Below, one piece after another: positions 18,047 through 29,748 of a DNA stretch of 64,000 bases (position 1 is the first letter of the stretch; the number at the start of each line of letters is the position of its first letter). This DNA comes from an uncultured Acidobacteriota bacterium (lineage in GTDB: Bacteria; Acidobacteriota; Thermoanaerobaculia; Gp7-AA8): contig CAVUKB010000004.1 in NCBI GenBank assembly GCA_963741955.1, positions 544,001 through 608,000 of the forward strand, written 5' to 3'. A program made the translations under genes and the position numbers. The notes beneath the pieces are model-generated. The model was not told where the DNA came from, searched no databases, and was given only the letters and a program-made list of their open reading frames with translations.

Positions 18047-21000
18047 ATGGTGAAGGCCGGATTGGCGGGTTCAGCCCGTCCAAGGATTCTCTTCGCCGTC
18101 GTTTCGGTGGTCATCTTCATCGTCGGATTCCCGCTTTTCGCCCTCGATCCATCCCGTGCCGCCTCCCAGTTCACCCGCCGGCGCTGGTCTCTCGAGCAGG
18201 GGTTTCCTCAGGCATCCGCGAACTCCATCGTTCAGGATCCGGACGGATATCTCTGGATTGCGACATTCGGAGGTCTGGTCCGCACCGATGGGGCGAGCGT
18301 CGACGTCATCGATGCGCCGGGCCGCTGCAGCCCGCGCCTTCTCGCCGTCGGAGTCGATCATCATGGTGCGCTCTGGGTGGGCACCGAGCGTTCCGGGCTC
18401 TGCATCGAGCGCGACGGCGTGCTCACCGCGTTCAATCCTCCCGACCGGAAGGAGATCGGAGGCGTCTCCTCGATTCGCGCGTCGATGCGCGGCGGAATCC
18501 TCGCCGGCACCGGGCACGGCCTGATTCTCGCGGGTGACGGCCATTTTCGGAGGTTCACCGTGGCCGAGGGCCTCCCTCACGACGACGTCCTCTCGTTCGA
18601 AGAGCGTCCCGACGGATCGACCTGGGTCGGTACCCTCCTCGGACTCTGCATCCTTCGAGATCAGCACTGTACCGTCCCGTCATGGAGTGCGCCGTTCGGT
18701 GGCCAGATGGTCCAGGCGATCCATCACACCGCGGATGGTACGGGATGGATCGGGACTGGTGGCGGTCTCTATCGCGTGCGTGGGAATGAGTGCACTCTGG
18801 TCGATACGCACTCGAACGGAAAGGTGACCTCGATCCTCGAGGACCACGACGGAGGTCTCTGGATCGGTCTCGACCCGGGCGGAGTTCGGCGAGTCCTGCC
18901 GCGGCTCGAGGAGGTCACCGGTCTGGACCAGCGCACCAGCGATTCGGTGAGGGACCTCGCGGAAGACCGGGAAGGGAACGTCTGGATCGGGACGGCCGGA
19001 GACGGGGTGGTGAAACTGAGCGAGGGAGCGGCGGTCGGGCTCGAGATCCGGGAGGGGGAGGACGTCGTTCCGGTTCTTCCGGTGATTGCGGAGGGGGGCG
19101 GCCGCGCCTGGGCGGGAACGGTCTGCCACGGACTGGCGCGCATTACGCCCGAAGGGACGCGGCTGTTCGGAAAGCGGGACGGTGTGAATCCGTGCGTCTG
19201 GTCTCTTCTTCTCGACCATCGCGGCACTCTCTGGATCGGAAGTTACGGAGAGGGTCTCTACTGGCGGACGCCGGACGGCAAATTCCATCGAGCGGGAGGA
19301 CCGGCGACCCACGAGAAAATCGTCCGCGCTCTGGCGGAGGAGAACTCGCGCGCAATCCTGGTGGGGACGGATCAGGGGCTCTTCCGGTTCGATCGCTCCA
19401 GCCACGCGTTCTCCCTCGTTCCCGGCACGGGAGAGCTGGACATCTTCTTCGTCGATGTCGATCCGGACGGCACGATCTGGATCGGGAGCCGGGAGGGAGT
19501 GCGGTCTATTCGGAACGGTCGGATCGACTCGATCGGCATGAAAGAGGGGTTGTCGAGCGATTTCGTGCGCGCGATCCATCGAGACGAGAGGGGAGTGCTC
19601 TGGATCGGAACGTACGGCGGAGGGCTGAACCGGATCGAGGGGAAGCGCGTGTTCGTCTACGGCGCGCGGCAGGGGCTGGCCGACTCGGTGGTCTCGAGCA
19701 TCATCGAGGATGCGGAAGGACGCTTCTGGATGACGGGGAACCGCGGAGTGACCCGGGTATCACGCGAGGCTCTCGATGCCGTGGCGGACGGCGCGCGCGG
19801 CCGCGTCGACGCAGATCTGTTCGACGTCACTGACGGGATGCCGGCGACCGAGACCAACGGCGGTGGCCAACCCGCAGGCTCGCTCGATCCGGACGGCAGG
19901 ATCTGGATTCCCACCCTCTCGGGATTCGCGATCTTCGACTCCCGCCAGGAGCTCAGAAACGGCGTCCCTCCTCCCGTACGCATCGAGAAAGTGATCGTCG
20001 ACGGTCGGATGGTGCAACGGCCGGAACGGGGTTTCGTTCTCGAGTCGCAGGCGAGAAATCTCGAGATCCGGTATACCGCGCTCTCTTTCATCGCTCCCGA
20101 AAAAGTCCGCTTCCGCTACCGCCTGGAGGGATTCGACCAACGCTGGGTGGACGCCGGCAACCGCCGGGTCGCGTATTACCCGTACATTCCTCCGGGACGA
20201 TGGCGATTCCATGTAGTGGCCGCGAACGAGGACGGCGTATGGAATCGGGAGGGGGCAGCATTCTCGTTCGAGATGCACCCGCCGGTTTTTTCGACCTGGT
20301 GGTTCTGGGTCCTCGGTGGTCTTGGCGTCGCCGCCCTCGTCGCCATCGCGGTAAGGGTACGGATCTCGGCGATCGCGCAGCGTCAGTCGGACCTGCAGCG
20401 CGAGGTCGCGAACCGGACCGCCGAGCTGGCGCGGCTCTCCGAGCTGACGGAGTTGATCAACGAGGCAGTCACCATCGAGGACGTGCTCGATCATCTCTAT
20501 GACAACCTCCGTTCCATCATTCCGTACGACCGGATCGGCCTCGCGCTCCTCGACGAGGATCGGGTCATCCTGCGGGCGGTCTGGTCCCGGGGAGAAAAGC
20601 CGCCGGTCGGAATCGATCGGGGATACGAAGCTCCTCTGGCCGGCAGCAGCCTGGAGAAGATTCTCCAGAGTGGGCGTCCCCGGATCATTCCCGATCTCGA
20701 ACAGTACCTGGTGGAGAATCCCGATTCGGAAAATACGCGGCGAATCGTCGCGGAAGGAATCCGCTCGAACCTGACCTTCCCTCTCACGGCGCTCGGTGCG
20801 CCGGTCGGGTTCATCTTCTTCTCCAGTTCGGAGCGCGACGCGTACAAAGAGAAACACGTGCAGTTCCTCCGCGAGATCGCGGGACACCTCTCGCTGGTGG
20901 TCGGGAAGTCGAAAATCTACGAAGATCTTCTGGCCACGAAGGCCCGGCTGGAGGAGGCGAACCGCAATCTGGAACGGCTGGCGACGGCAGACGGCCTGAC

Positions 21001-21511
21001 CGGACTCGCCAACCGCCGGGCGTTCGACGAGCGGCTCGACACGGAATGGCGGAGAGCGACGCGAAGTGGAGCACCGCTCTCGTTTCTCCTCATCGACGTC
21101 GACTTCTTCAAGGGTTACAACGACCGGTACGGGCATCTCGAAGGTGACGACTGTCTCCGCACCATCTCCACGGCGCTTGCGGCATCCCTCCGTCGCGTCT
21201 CCGACTTCGTTGCCCGATACGGGGGCGAAGAGTTCGGCGTGATTCTCTCCGACTGTGATCTCGACGGGGCTGCCGCGGTCGCGGAAAACGTCCGCGCGAC
21301 GGTGGAGCGACTCGGCATACCGCACGCCGACTCGGGAATCAGCCACGCGGTCACCATCAGCGTGGGAGTGGCGAGCATCTTCCCCACCGCAGGGAAACCA
21401 CCGGAGGAACTGGTGAGCCTCGCCGACCGCGCGCTCTACCAGGCGAAGCGTCGCGGAAGGAATCGCGTGGTCGTCCTGAGCGAAGGGGAGATCAGTCAGC
21501 AGCAGACCTGA
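18047..21511 (+). CDS. Sensor diguanylate cyclase: Reg_prop beta-propellers + Y_Y_Y + TM + GAF + GGDEF
   Basis: Repeated DxxGxLWIGT blades, FRYRLEGFD...YYPYIPPG (Y_Y_Y), TM, GAF, then DGLTGLANRR...RVSD...RYGGEEF. Start approximate. Confidence 0.93.
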   Translation: MVKAGLAGSARPRILFAVVSVVIFIVGFPLFALDPSRAASQFTRRRWSLEQGFPQASANSIVQDPDGYLWIATFGGLVRTDGASVDVIDAPGRCSPRLLAVGVDHHGALWVGTERSGLCIERDGVLTAFNPPDRKEIGGVSSIRASMRGGILAGTGHGLILAGDGHFRRFTVAEGLPHDDVLSFEERPDGSTWVGTLLGLCILRDQHCTVPSWSAPFGGQMVQAIHHTADGTGWIGTGGGLYRVRGNECTLVDTHSNGKVTSILEDHDGGLWIGLDPGGVRRVLPRLEEVTGLDQRTSDSVRDLAEDREGNVWIGTAGDGVVKLSEGAAVGLEIREGEDVVPVLPVIAEGGGRAWAGTVCHGLARITPEGTRLFGKRDGVNPCVWSLLLDHRGTLWIGSYGEGLYWRTPDGKFHRAGGPATHEKIVRALAEENSRAILVGTDQGLFRFDRSSHAFSLVPGTGELDIFFVDVDPDGTIWIGSREGVRSIRNGRIDSIGMKEGLSSDFVRAIHRDERGVLWIGTYGGGLNRIEGKRVFVYGARQGLADSVVSSIIEDAEGRFWMTGNRGVTRVSREALDAVADGARGRVDADLFDVTDGMPATETNGGGQPAGSLDPDGRIWIPTLSGFAIFDSRQELRNGVPPPVRIEKVIVDGRMVQRPERGFVLESQARNLEIRYTALSFIAPEKVRFRYRLEGFDQRWVDAGNRRVAYYPYIPPGRWRFHVVAANEDGVWNREGAAFSFEMHPPVFSTWWFWVLGGLGVAALVAIAVRVRISAIAQRQSDLQREVANRTAELARLSELTELINEAVTIEDVLDHLYDNLRSIIPYDRIGLALLDEDRVILRAVWSRGEKPPVGIDRGYEAPLAGSSLEKILQSGRPRIIPDLEQYLVENPDSENTRRIVAEGIRSNLTFPLTALGAPVGFIFFSSSERDAYKEKHVQFLREIAGHLSLVVGKSKIYEDLLATKARLEEANRNLERLATADGLTGLANRRAFDERLDTEWRRATRSGAPLSFLLIDVDFFKGYNDRYGHLEGDDCLRTISTALAASLRRVSDFVARYGGEEFGVILSDCDLDGAAAVAENVRATVERLGIPHADSGISHAVTISVGVASIFPTAGKPPEELVSLADRALYQAKRRGRNRVVVLSEGEISQQQT

Positions 21512-21659
21512 CCCCGATCGCTCCCGGCCGCGGCCCTTCGCTCGGCGATCAGGTAGCCGGCGAAATCATCCTCCTACGACCCGATTGCGCGCCGGACCTC
21601 GTCGGGGTCCGCGATGCTCAACCTCGGTTCCGTTCCGCGGCCCACGCTTCGGGCTCTCC

Positions 21660-23057
<1,398 letters not shown>

Positions 23058-23210
23058 GGAGTTCCTTTCTGAAGCCGATGCGCAGCGGTCGGCCGCCGGC
23101 GAAGCACTGCGCCCGGGTGGAAGTCGGGGGACATGGTAGCGCACTCGCCACGGAATTCCCCAACTCCGGGCCGAAGACTCGTGGCGTTCGCATCCGACGA
23201 CGGTCTCGCG

Positions 23211-24940
23211 TGGGGTGCGGATCATCCGATCCGCCGCGCGAATCGTGTTGTACGCGATGAAGAGGGAAGATGTGGGTCTCGCGGAGCGTGGGTGAATCCG
23301 GCGACCAGCTCCGCTTCTGCCACCGGAACCGTCTCGATCCGCTGTGAACGCGATCGCCGCGGCGGATCAGAGGATCCGCACCCCTATCGATGACGTGGGT
23401 TCCCTGGGGTGCGGATCATCCGATCCGCCGCACGAATCGTGTTGTACGCGATGAAGAGGGAAGATGTGGGTCCCGCGGAGCGTCGGTGAATCCGGCGACC
23501 AGCTCCGCTTCTGCCACCGGAACCGTCTCGATCCGCTGTGAACGCGATCGGCGCGGCGGATCGGAGGATCCGCACCCCACGACGACGTGGGTTCCCTGGG
23601 GTGCGGATCATCCGATCCGCCGCGCGAATCGTGTTGTACGCGATGAAGAGGGAAGATGTGGGTCCCGCGGAGCGTGGGTGAATCCGGCGACCAGCTCCGC
23701 TTCTGCCACCGGAACCGTCTCGATCCGCTGCGAACGCGATCGCCGCGGCGGATCAGAGGATCCGCACCCCTATCGATGACGTGGGTTCCCTGGGGTGCGG
23801 ATCATCCGATCCGCCGCGCGAATCGTGTTGTACGCGATGAAGAGGGAAGATGTGGGTCCCGCGGAGCGTGGGTGAATCCGGCGACCAGCTCCGCTTCTGC
23901 CACCGGAACCGTCTCGATCCGCTGTGAACGCGATCGGCGCGGCGGATCGGAGGATCCGCACCCCACGACGACGTGGGTTCCCTGGGGTGCGGATCATCCG
24001 ATCCGCCGCGCGAATCGTGTTGTACGCGATGAAGAGGGAAGATGTGGGTCCCGCGGAGCGTGGGTGAATCCGGCGACCAGCTCCGCTTCTGCCACCGGAA
24101 CCGTCTCGATCCGCTGTGAACGCGATCGCCGCGGCGGATCAGAGGATCCGCACCCCTATCGATGACGTGGGTTCCCTGGGGCGCGGATCATCCGATCCGC
24201 CGCGCGAAACGTGTTGTACGCGATGAAGAGGGAAGATGTGGGTCCCGCGGAGCGTCGGTGAATCCGGCGACCAGCTCCGCTTCTGCCACCGGGATCGTCT
24301 CGATCCGCTGTGAATGCAATCGGCGCGGCGGATCAGAGGATCCGCACCCCACCAGGACGTGGGTTCCCTGGGGTGCGGATCCTCTGATCCGCCGCGCGAA
24401 TCGTGTTGTACGCGATGAAGAGGGAAGATGTGGGTCCCGCGGAGCGTGGGTGAATCCGGCGACCAGCTCCGCTTCTGCCACCGGAACCGTCTCGATCCGC
24501 TGTGAACGCGATCGGCGCGGCGGATCGGAGGATCCGCACCCCACGACGACGTGGGTCCCCTGGGGTGCGGATCATCCGATCCGCCGCGCGAATCGTGTTG
24601 TACGCGATGAAGAGGGAAGATGTGGGTCTCGCGGAGCGTGGGTGAATCCGGCGACCAGCTCCGCTTCAGCCACCGGAACCGTCTCGATCCGCTGTGAACG
24701 CGATCGGCGCGGCGGATCAGAGGATCCGCACCCCTATCGATGACGTGGGTTCCCTGGGGTGCGGATCATCCGATCCGCCGCGCGAATCGTGTTGTACGCG
24801 ATGAAGAGGGAAGATGTGGGTCCCGCGGAGCGTCGGTGAATCCGGGCGACCAGCTCCGCTTCAGCCACCGGGATCGTCTCGATCCGCTGTGAATGCGATC
24901 GGCGCGGCGGATCAGAGGATCCGCTCCCCACGACGACGTG
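23211..24940. repeat. Tandem array of 9 near-identical 192/194-bp REPIN-like palindromic units
   Basis: Unit starts at 23211, 23405, 23597, 23791, 23983, 24177, 24369, 24561 and 24755. Each is bounded by ~27-bp inverted REP-like ends GGGGTGCGGATCATCCGATCCGCCGCG / CGCGGCGGATCAGAGGATCCGCACCCC. Confidence 0.96.
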
Positions 24941-24985
24941 GCTTCCCAGCGCTTGCGACGCGCGACGCGCGGTCTCAGATGCCGT

Positions 24986-25678
24986 TCACGATTCGGTCGG
25001 CATATGCAGGTACATCGACTGGAGCGCGACCTTTCCCGGACCGGTGAAGCGGTTCATGAAGAGGTTGAACCCGCCGAAGAATCCAGTCGAGAGCTTCTGC
25101 GATACGGTCTCCATCTTCACATGGGTGTCCTTGTAGAGCCATCCGCCGGGCTCGACGTCGATCTGTTCGTGCGGCTGGAGAGTCTTCTCGAACACGTTGC
25201 CGTATCCGTGGAGCCAGAGAATCCCAGCGCCGTTGCGAGCATGGAAGCGATCGATGAAGAAGCCCGACCCGCCGAGGAGGATGTTCGAGATCCCCTTCAC
25301 ACGCTCGAAGTCGTAGTCGATGTTCGAGGTCGCGGCGAGGAACTGATGCTCGCGAACGTGGATCTCTTCGCCCTGATTCATGTGGATCCCGAGGATGTGT
25401 CCCGCTCCATCACGGCTGAATGCAATCTCGCCCTGGCCGCTCGCCTCCGTGACGAAGATCTGGATCCCGGCCATCATTCTCTTGAATGCACCCTTCATGG
25501 CCTTGATCCCGATGTTCACCCGCGGATCCTTCCAGAGGAGGATGTGGTGCTCGAAGTACACCGCCTCGTGACTCACGTCGACCGAGAGGACCGGAACGAG
25601 CTCTCCGTCGACGTGATAGGTCACGCCGGCGAACGTCTCTCCGAGAGCCTGGGTAGGGACGAGAACGGGAGCGGCCAT
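24986..25678 (-). CDS. AIM24 (DUF124) family protein
   Basis: From ATG 25678 (GAGGAGG RBS): YHVDGELVPVL, VYFEHH, REHQFLAAT, LWLHGYGNVF, NRFTGPGKVALQSM. Confidence 0.9.
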   Translation of the reverse strand: MAAPVLVPTQALGETFAGVTYHVDGELVPVLSVDVSHEAVYFEHHILLWKDPRVNIGIKAMKGAFKRMMAGIQIFVTEASGQGEIAFSRDGAGHILGIHMNQGEEIHVREHQFLAATSNIDYDFERVKGISNILLGGSGFFIDRFHARNGAGILWLHGYGNVFEKTLQPHEQIDVEPGGWLYKDTHVKMETVSQKLSTGFFGGFNLFMNRFTGPGKVALQSMYLHMPTES

Positions 25679-25779
25679 GGATGCCTCCTCGATCGAATTT
25701 GATGGTCTGCTCAGGATCTTACGGTCGAGGCGGGTGCCGGGCGCATTACGAATCTGAAATCCGTCGTCTCCGCGCGTCT

Positions 25780-27450
25780 TCACTTTCCGGTCGGGAAGTC
25801 TTCTGCCTCGTGGCGCAACGCGTAGTTCGCGCTTCCGACGCGGTACCAGCGGTAGCCGTTCGCGTCGAGCGTGATCCGGTGGGTGCCGCGTGCGTCGGCG
25901 CGGCTCTCTTCGTCGTCGAAGAGGCTGACCAGTCGCTCGCCTCCGTCGACTTTCAGCCGGAATTTCGCCTCCCGTGAACGCTCGTCGAAGTTGTGAACCA
26001 CCACCACCGCCTTCCCTTCCCACCGGTAGCAGAGGGCGAGGATGTTCGGCGAACCGGTGGAGATGACGTCCCAATCGCCCCACCCGATCTCCGGCGTCTC
26101 CCGCCGGATGCGAATCATGCGGGTCATCCATCGCATCAGCGAATCGGGATCTCGCCGCTGGGCTTCGACGTTGACCTTCCGGTATCCGTACACGCCGTCG
26201 TCGATCACCGGATGAATGAGCTTCTCCGCGGTGGAGAACCCGGCGTTCGGCTCGTCGGTCCACTGCATCGGGGTGCGCACCGAATCGCGCTGATCGAGCG
26301 AGAGATCTTCGCCCATCCCGATCTCGTCGCCGTAGCGGATGACCGGAGTCCCGGGGAGTGAGAACATCACGCTGTAGGCGAGCTCGATCCGTGCGCGGTC
26401 TCCGAGCATCGAGGCGAGCCTCCGCCGGATTCCGCGGTCGTACAGCTGCATCCGGGGCTCGGGACCGAATCGCTGAAAGACCCGCTCGCGCATTTCCGGC
26501 CCCAGACGTCCTAAATCGAGCTCGTCGTGATTCCTGAGAAACTGAGCCCACTGCCCGGTGGGTGGAAGACGCCTCGTCGCGCGGAGTGAATCGATCAGCG
26601 GCCGGACGTCGCCGGTGGCGAGTGCATAGAAGAGATGCTGATTGACGAAGAAATTGAACATCATGTGGAGCCCGCGTCCGTCGGCGAAGTACTTCTTGTT
26701 CTCTTTCGGAAGGACGTTCGCCTCGCCGAGGAGGACCGCGTCGCCGCTGCGCCACTGGAGGAATTCGCGGAGCTCCGTGAGGTACTCGAAGTGCATCTGA
26801 TGCGGCTGACCGAAAGGACTGACGCTTTCGATGATGAAAGGCACCGCATCGACCCGGAATCCGCTCACGCCGGTCTGGAGCCAGAAGCCGACGATGCGAC
26901 GGATCTGTTCACGGACTTCCGGGTTGTCCGTGTTCAGGTCAGGCTGAAACGCGTAGAAGCGATGGAAGTAGTACTGGCGCGCGATCTCGTCGCGGGTCCA
27001 GGTGGCCTTCTGGATTCCGGGGAAGACCATTCCCTTGTCCCAGTCGGGCGGGCGCTTCTTCGACCAGGTGTACCAGTCGCGGTAGAGCGACTCGGGGTCG
27101 CGCCGGGCCTCCTGAAACCACGGATGCCGGTCGGAGGTGTGGTTGACCACGAGATCGATGATGATCTTCAGCCCGCGGGCGTGTGCCTGATGGATCAGCT
27201 CGACGAAGTCACCCGAGGAGCCGTGACGGGGGTCGACACCGAAGTAGTCGGAGATGTCGTAACCGTTGTCGCGGTTCGGAGTGGGCTGGAACGGAGCGAT
27301 CCAGAGAACGCCGACACCGAGGCTCTCGAGATAGTCGAGGCGCCGGATCAGTCCCTCGATGTCACCGACTCCGTCGCCGTTCGAATCCATGAACGTCTCG
27401 AGATCGAGACTATAGATGACGTTGTTCTTGTACCAGAGGTCGCCGATCAT
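25780..27450 (-). CDS. GH13 alpha-amylase family protein, trehalose synthase (TreS)-like
   Basis: DLWYKN, DSNGDGVGD, DLVVNHTSD, FRVDAVP, LGEAN, FLRNHDE, RGIRRRLA and RTPMQW motifs. Confidence 0.9.
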   Translation of the reverse strand: MIGDLWYKNNVIYSLDLETFMDSNGDGVGDIEGLIRRLDYLESLGVGVLWIAPFQPTPNRDNGYDISDYFGVDPRHGSSGDFVELIHQAHARGLKIIIDLVVNHTSDRHPWFQEARRDPESLYRDWYTWSKKRPPDWDKGMVFPGIQKATWTRDEIARQYYFHRFYAFQPDLNTDNPEVREQIRRIVGFWLQTGVSGFRVDAVPFIIESVSPFGQPHQMHFEYLTELREFLQWRSGDAVLLGEANVLPKENKKYFADGRGLHMMFNFFVNQHLFYALATGDVRPLIDSLRATRRLPPTGQWAQFLRNHDELDLGRLGPEMRERVFQRFGPEPRMQLYDRGIRRRLASMLGDRARIELAYSVMFSLPGTPVIRYGDEIGMGEDLSLDQRDSVRTPMQWTDEPNAGFSTAEKLIHPVIDDGVYGYRKVNVEAQRRDPDSLMRWMTRMIRIRRETPEIGWGDWDVISTGSPNILALCYRWEGKAVVVVHNFDERSREAKFRLKVDGGERLVSLFDDEESRADARGTHRITLDANGYRWYRVGSANYALRHEAEDFPTGK

Positions 27451-27567
27451 GACCGAGCGGGCGCTGCAAGAGGCTGGCCCGGCTCTCTCGACGCGGCATA
27501 GTGGTGACAACTTTGAGGAGCCGACGCGGGGTGCAACGCAGCAGACAGGTCCGGTGGATTACGCGTC

Positions 27568-27595
27568 GTGGAGTGCGGATTCGTAATCCGCCGCG
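27568..27595. repeat. Single REP-like hairpin related to the array termini
   Basis: GTGGAGTGCGGATTCGTAATCCGCCGCG: GTGG followed by a GCGGAT..ATCCGC stem. Confidence 0.6.
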
Positions 27596-27750
27596 CAGCT
27601 CACGGCACGTGCGCGACAGCAGCATCGCCTCGATCCTCGGCAGAAGCGGAGCCGCGCCCGGAATCGCACACGCTCCGCGCAGCACCCGAAGTCTCGCTCT
27701 TCATCCCGTACGACACTCCTCGCGGCATGTCTCTGGCAACCATTTCCAGA

Positions 27751-28878
27751 ATGGCCGAACGAAATCCCATCAAAGGAGAAGACCGAAGAATCCGTTACGC
27801 CGTGGTCGGGCTCGGACACATCGCGCAGGTGGCGGTGCTCCCGGCATTCGCTCACGCATCCGAGAACTCCGAGCTCGTCGCGCTCGTGTCGAGCGATCCG
27901 GAGAAGCTCAAGAGGCTCGGAGAGCGACATGGCGTCGCCACGCTGGCGAGCTACGACGAGTACGACTCTCTTCTCGAGAGCGGCCGGGTCGATGCCGTCT
28001 ATCTGGCCCTCCCGAATACTCTTCACCGCGACTTCGCAGTGCGCGCGGCGCGACGGGGTGTCCACGTCCTGTGCGAAAAGCCGATGGCGGTGACCTCGCG
28101 CGAATGTGAAGCGATGATCCGGTCCGCGGAAGAAGCGAACGTGCGATTGATGATCGCGTACCGGCTGCACTTCGAGGAGGGCAACCTCGAAACCGCGGAG
28201 GTCGTGGCGTCCGGAACGATCGGCGAGCCGCGCATCTTCAATTCGACCTTCACTCAGCAGGTGCGCGAAGGCGACGTGCGGCTCCGCAAGGACCTCGGCG
28301 GCGGCCCGGTGTACGACATGGGCGTCTACTGCATCAATGCGGCGCGCTATCTGTTCCGCGACGAACCGCTGGAGGTCTCTGCCCTGGCAGCAAGCGGCGA
28401 CCCGCGATTCGACGAGGTCGCGGAGACCGTGGCGGTGACCATGCGCTTTCCCGGCGAGAAACTCGCGTCATTCGTCTGCGGTTTCGGCGCCGAGCAGGTC
28501 AACGCGTACCGGATCGTCGGTGCGAAGGGTGTACTCCGCGTGGAGCCGGCGTACACGTACGGCTCCGCCATCCGTCACGAGCTCGTCACCGGCGGCCGAA
28601 GAGAGCTCCGCGAGTTCCCGAGGAGAGATCAGTTCGCGCCGGAGATCGTCTACTTCTCGCGATGCGTCCTCGAAGAAGACGAGCCGGAGCCTTCGGGGAT
28701 CGAAGGGATGATCGACGTGAGAATCGTCGAAGCGATCCATCGATCGATCGAGCAGCGCGGAAGAGTGGAGACCCTCGATCTCGAGGGCCGGCGGCGCCGG
28801 CCGGAGAGGAGCCAGGGGATGCAGAAACCTCCCGTGAAACCGGAAGCGCTGGTGAACACCGCCCCGCCGACGAGGTAG
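27751..28878 (+). CDS. Gfo/Idh/MocA oxidoreductase (glucose-fructose oxidoreductase-like)
   Basis: YAVVGLGHIA, DAVYLALPN, HVLCEKPMA, AYRLHFE and GGGPVYDMGVYC motifs. Confidence 0.92.
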   Translation: MAERNPIKGEDRRIRYAVVGLGHIAQVAVLPAFAHASENSELVALVSSDPEKLKRLGERHGVATLASYDEYDSLLESGRVDAVYLALPNTLHRDFAVRAARRGVHVLCEKPMAVTSRECEAMIRSAEEANVRLMIAYRLHFEEGNLETAEVVASGTIGEPRIFNSTFTQQVREGDVRLRKDLGGGPVYDMGVYCINAARYLFRDEPLEVSALAASGDPRFDEVAETVAVTMRFPGEKLASFVCGFGAEQVNAYRIVGAKGVLRVEPAYTYGSAIRHELVTGGRRELREFPRRDQFAPEIVYFSRCVLEEDEPEPSGIEGMIDVRIVEAIHRSIEQRGRVETLDLEGRRRRPERSQGMQKPPVKPEALVNTAPPTR

Positions 28879-28955
28879 CCGCACGGGCTGGATCCCGGCG
28901 AGCTGTGGCGGACGGGATGAGCACGAGTCGGGATCGCGATCGAGCGCGATCCCGT

Positions 28956-29741
28956 TCACAATCCGGGATTGAGCTTCAGCACCAGCGGGACGATGACGAA
29001 GAGCTGGACCGCGTCGAACACGCCGTGCGCGATGATGCACGGAACGAGATTCTTCGTGCGCCAGAACGTGATGCCGATGATGGTCGAGATGACCGTGACC
29101 CCGATCAGCATCAGCGGCTGTCCATACCCGGCGTGAGAGAGCGCGAAGAGAACGGTCGACACGATGAGCCCGGTCCGTTTCTGCAACCAGCCGCGGTAGA
29201 ACGCCTCCTCGACGGTCATCGCCATGAAGACGATGACGGCTTTCTTCCAGATCGGAAGTGCGGCCATCCACGGGATCATCGCCGGAGCCTTCAGGTCGTG
29301 AGGCGCGAGCCCCGCCGCGGAGAGGATCAGCCCGATGGCCAGAGCGATCGCGATGGTCAGCAGCCACCCGCCGACTCCGACTCCGACTCCGAGAAGCGTC
29401 GACTGTGCGGCTTCGCGGGACGTGAGGTTGAGAAAGCGACCGACCGGGGGGCGTCCGGCGAGCCACCACCATCCGGCGAGAAAGACGATCAGAATCAGGT
29501 GCAGCGTGAAGAGAGACCAGAAAGGAGTCGCCCTCAACTGATCTGCAGTGGCCGGTGCCTTGGACGATGCGGCGATCAGGACGCTGAGGAGCACCACGAA
29601 GAGGGTCAGCCAGACGTAGGCCCCGCTCTTGTGCGCCGAGGTCGGGAAATGGTCACTGCTGAAGAGGTGGAACCGCTGGTTGAGAAAAATGAGGACGACT
29701 GACACGAGAAGGCCGAAGGAGAGTGCGATCACATAGCTCAA
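28956..29741 (-). CDS. CPBP (Abi/CAAX) intramembrane glutamic endopeptidase
   Basis: EEAFYRG, FALSH and AHGVFDA motifs, with multiple TM segments. Confidence 0.9.
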   Translation of the reverse strand: MSYVIALSFGLLVSVVLIFLNQRFHLFSSDHFPTSAHKSGAYVWLTLFVVLLSVLIAASSKAPATADQLRATPFWSLFTLHLILIVFLAGWWWLAGRPPVGRFLNLTSREAAQSTLLGVGVGVGGWLLTIAIALAIGLILSAAGLAPHDLKAPAMIPWMAALPIWKKAVIVFMAMTVEEAFYRGWLQKRTGLIVSTVLFALSHAGYGQPLMLIGVTVISTIIGITFWRTKNLVPCIIAHGVFDAVQLFVIVPLVLKLNPGL

Positions 29742-29748
29742 TGGGAGG

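Noticed and set aside
23211-24940. CRISPR array
   Set aside because: Whole ~193-bp units are near-identical, with no unique spacers and no cas genes in the window.
23211-24940. Hammerhead ribozyme or integron attC array
   Set aside because: No conserved CTGANGA/GAAA hammerhead core is seen, and there are no RYYYAAC...GTTRRRY attC ends, cassette ORFs or integrase.
24986-26755. 589-aa ORF as a single protein
   Set aside because: The N-terminal ~360 aa overlap the GH13 gene out of frame. Only the last 230 aa (AIM24, with its own RBS) look real.
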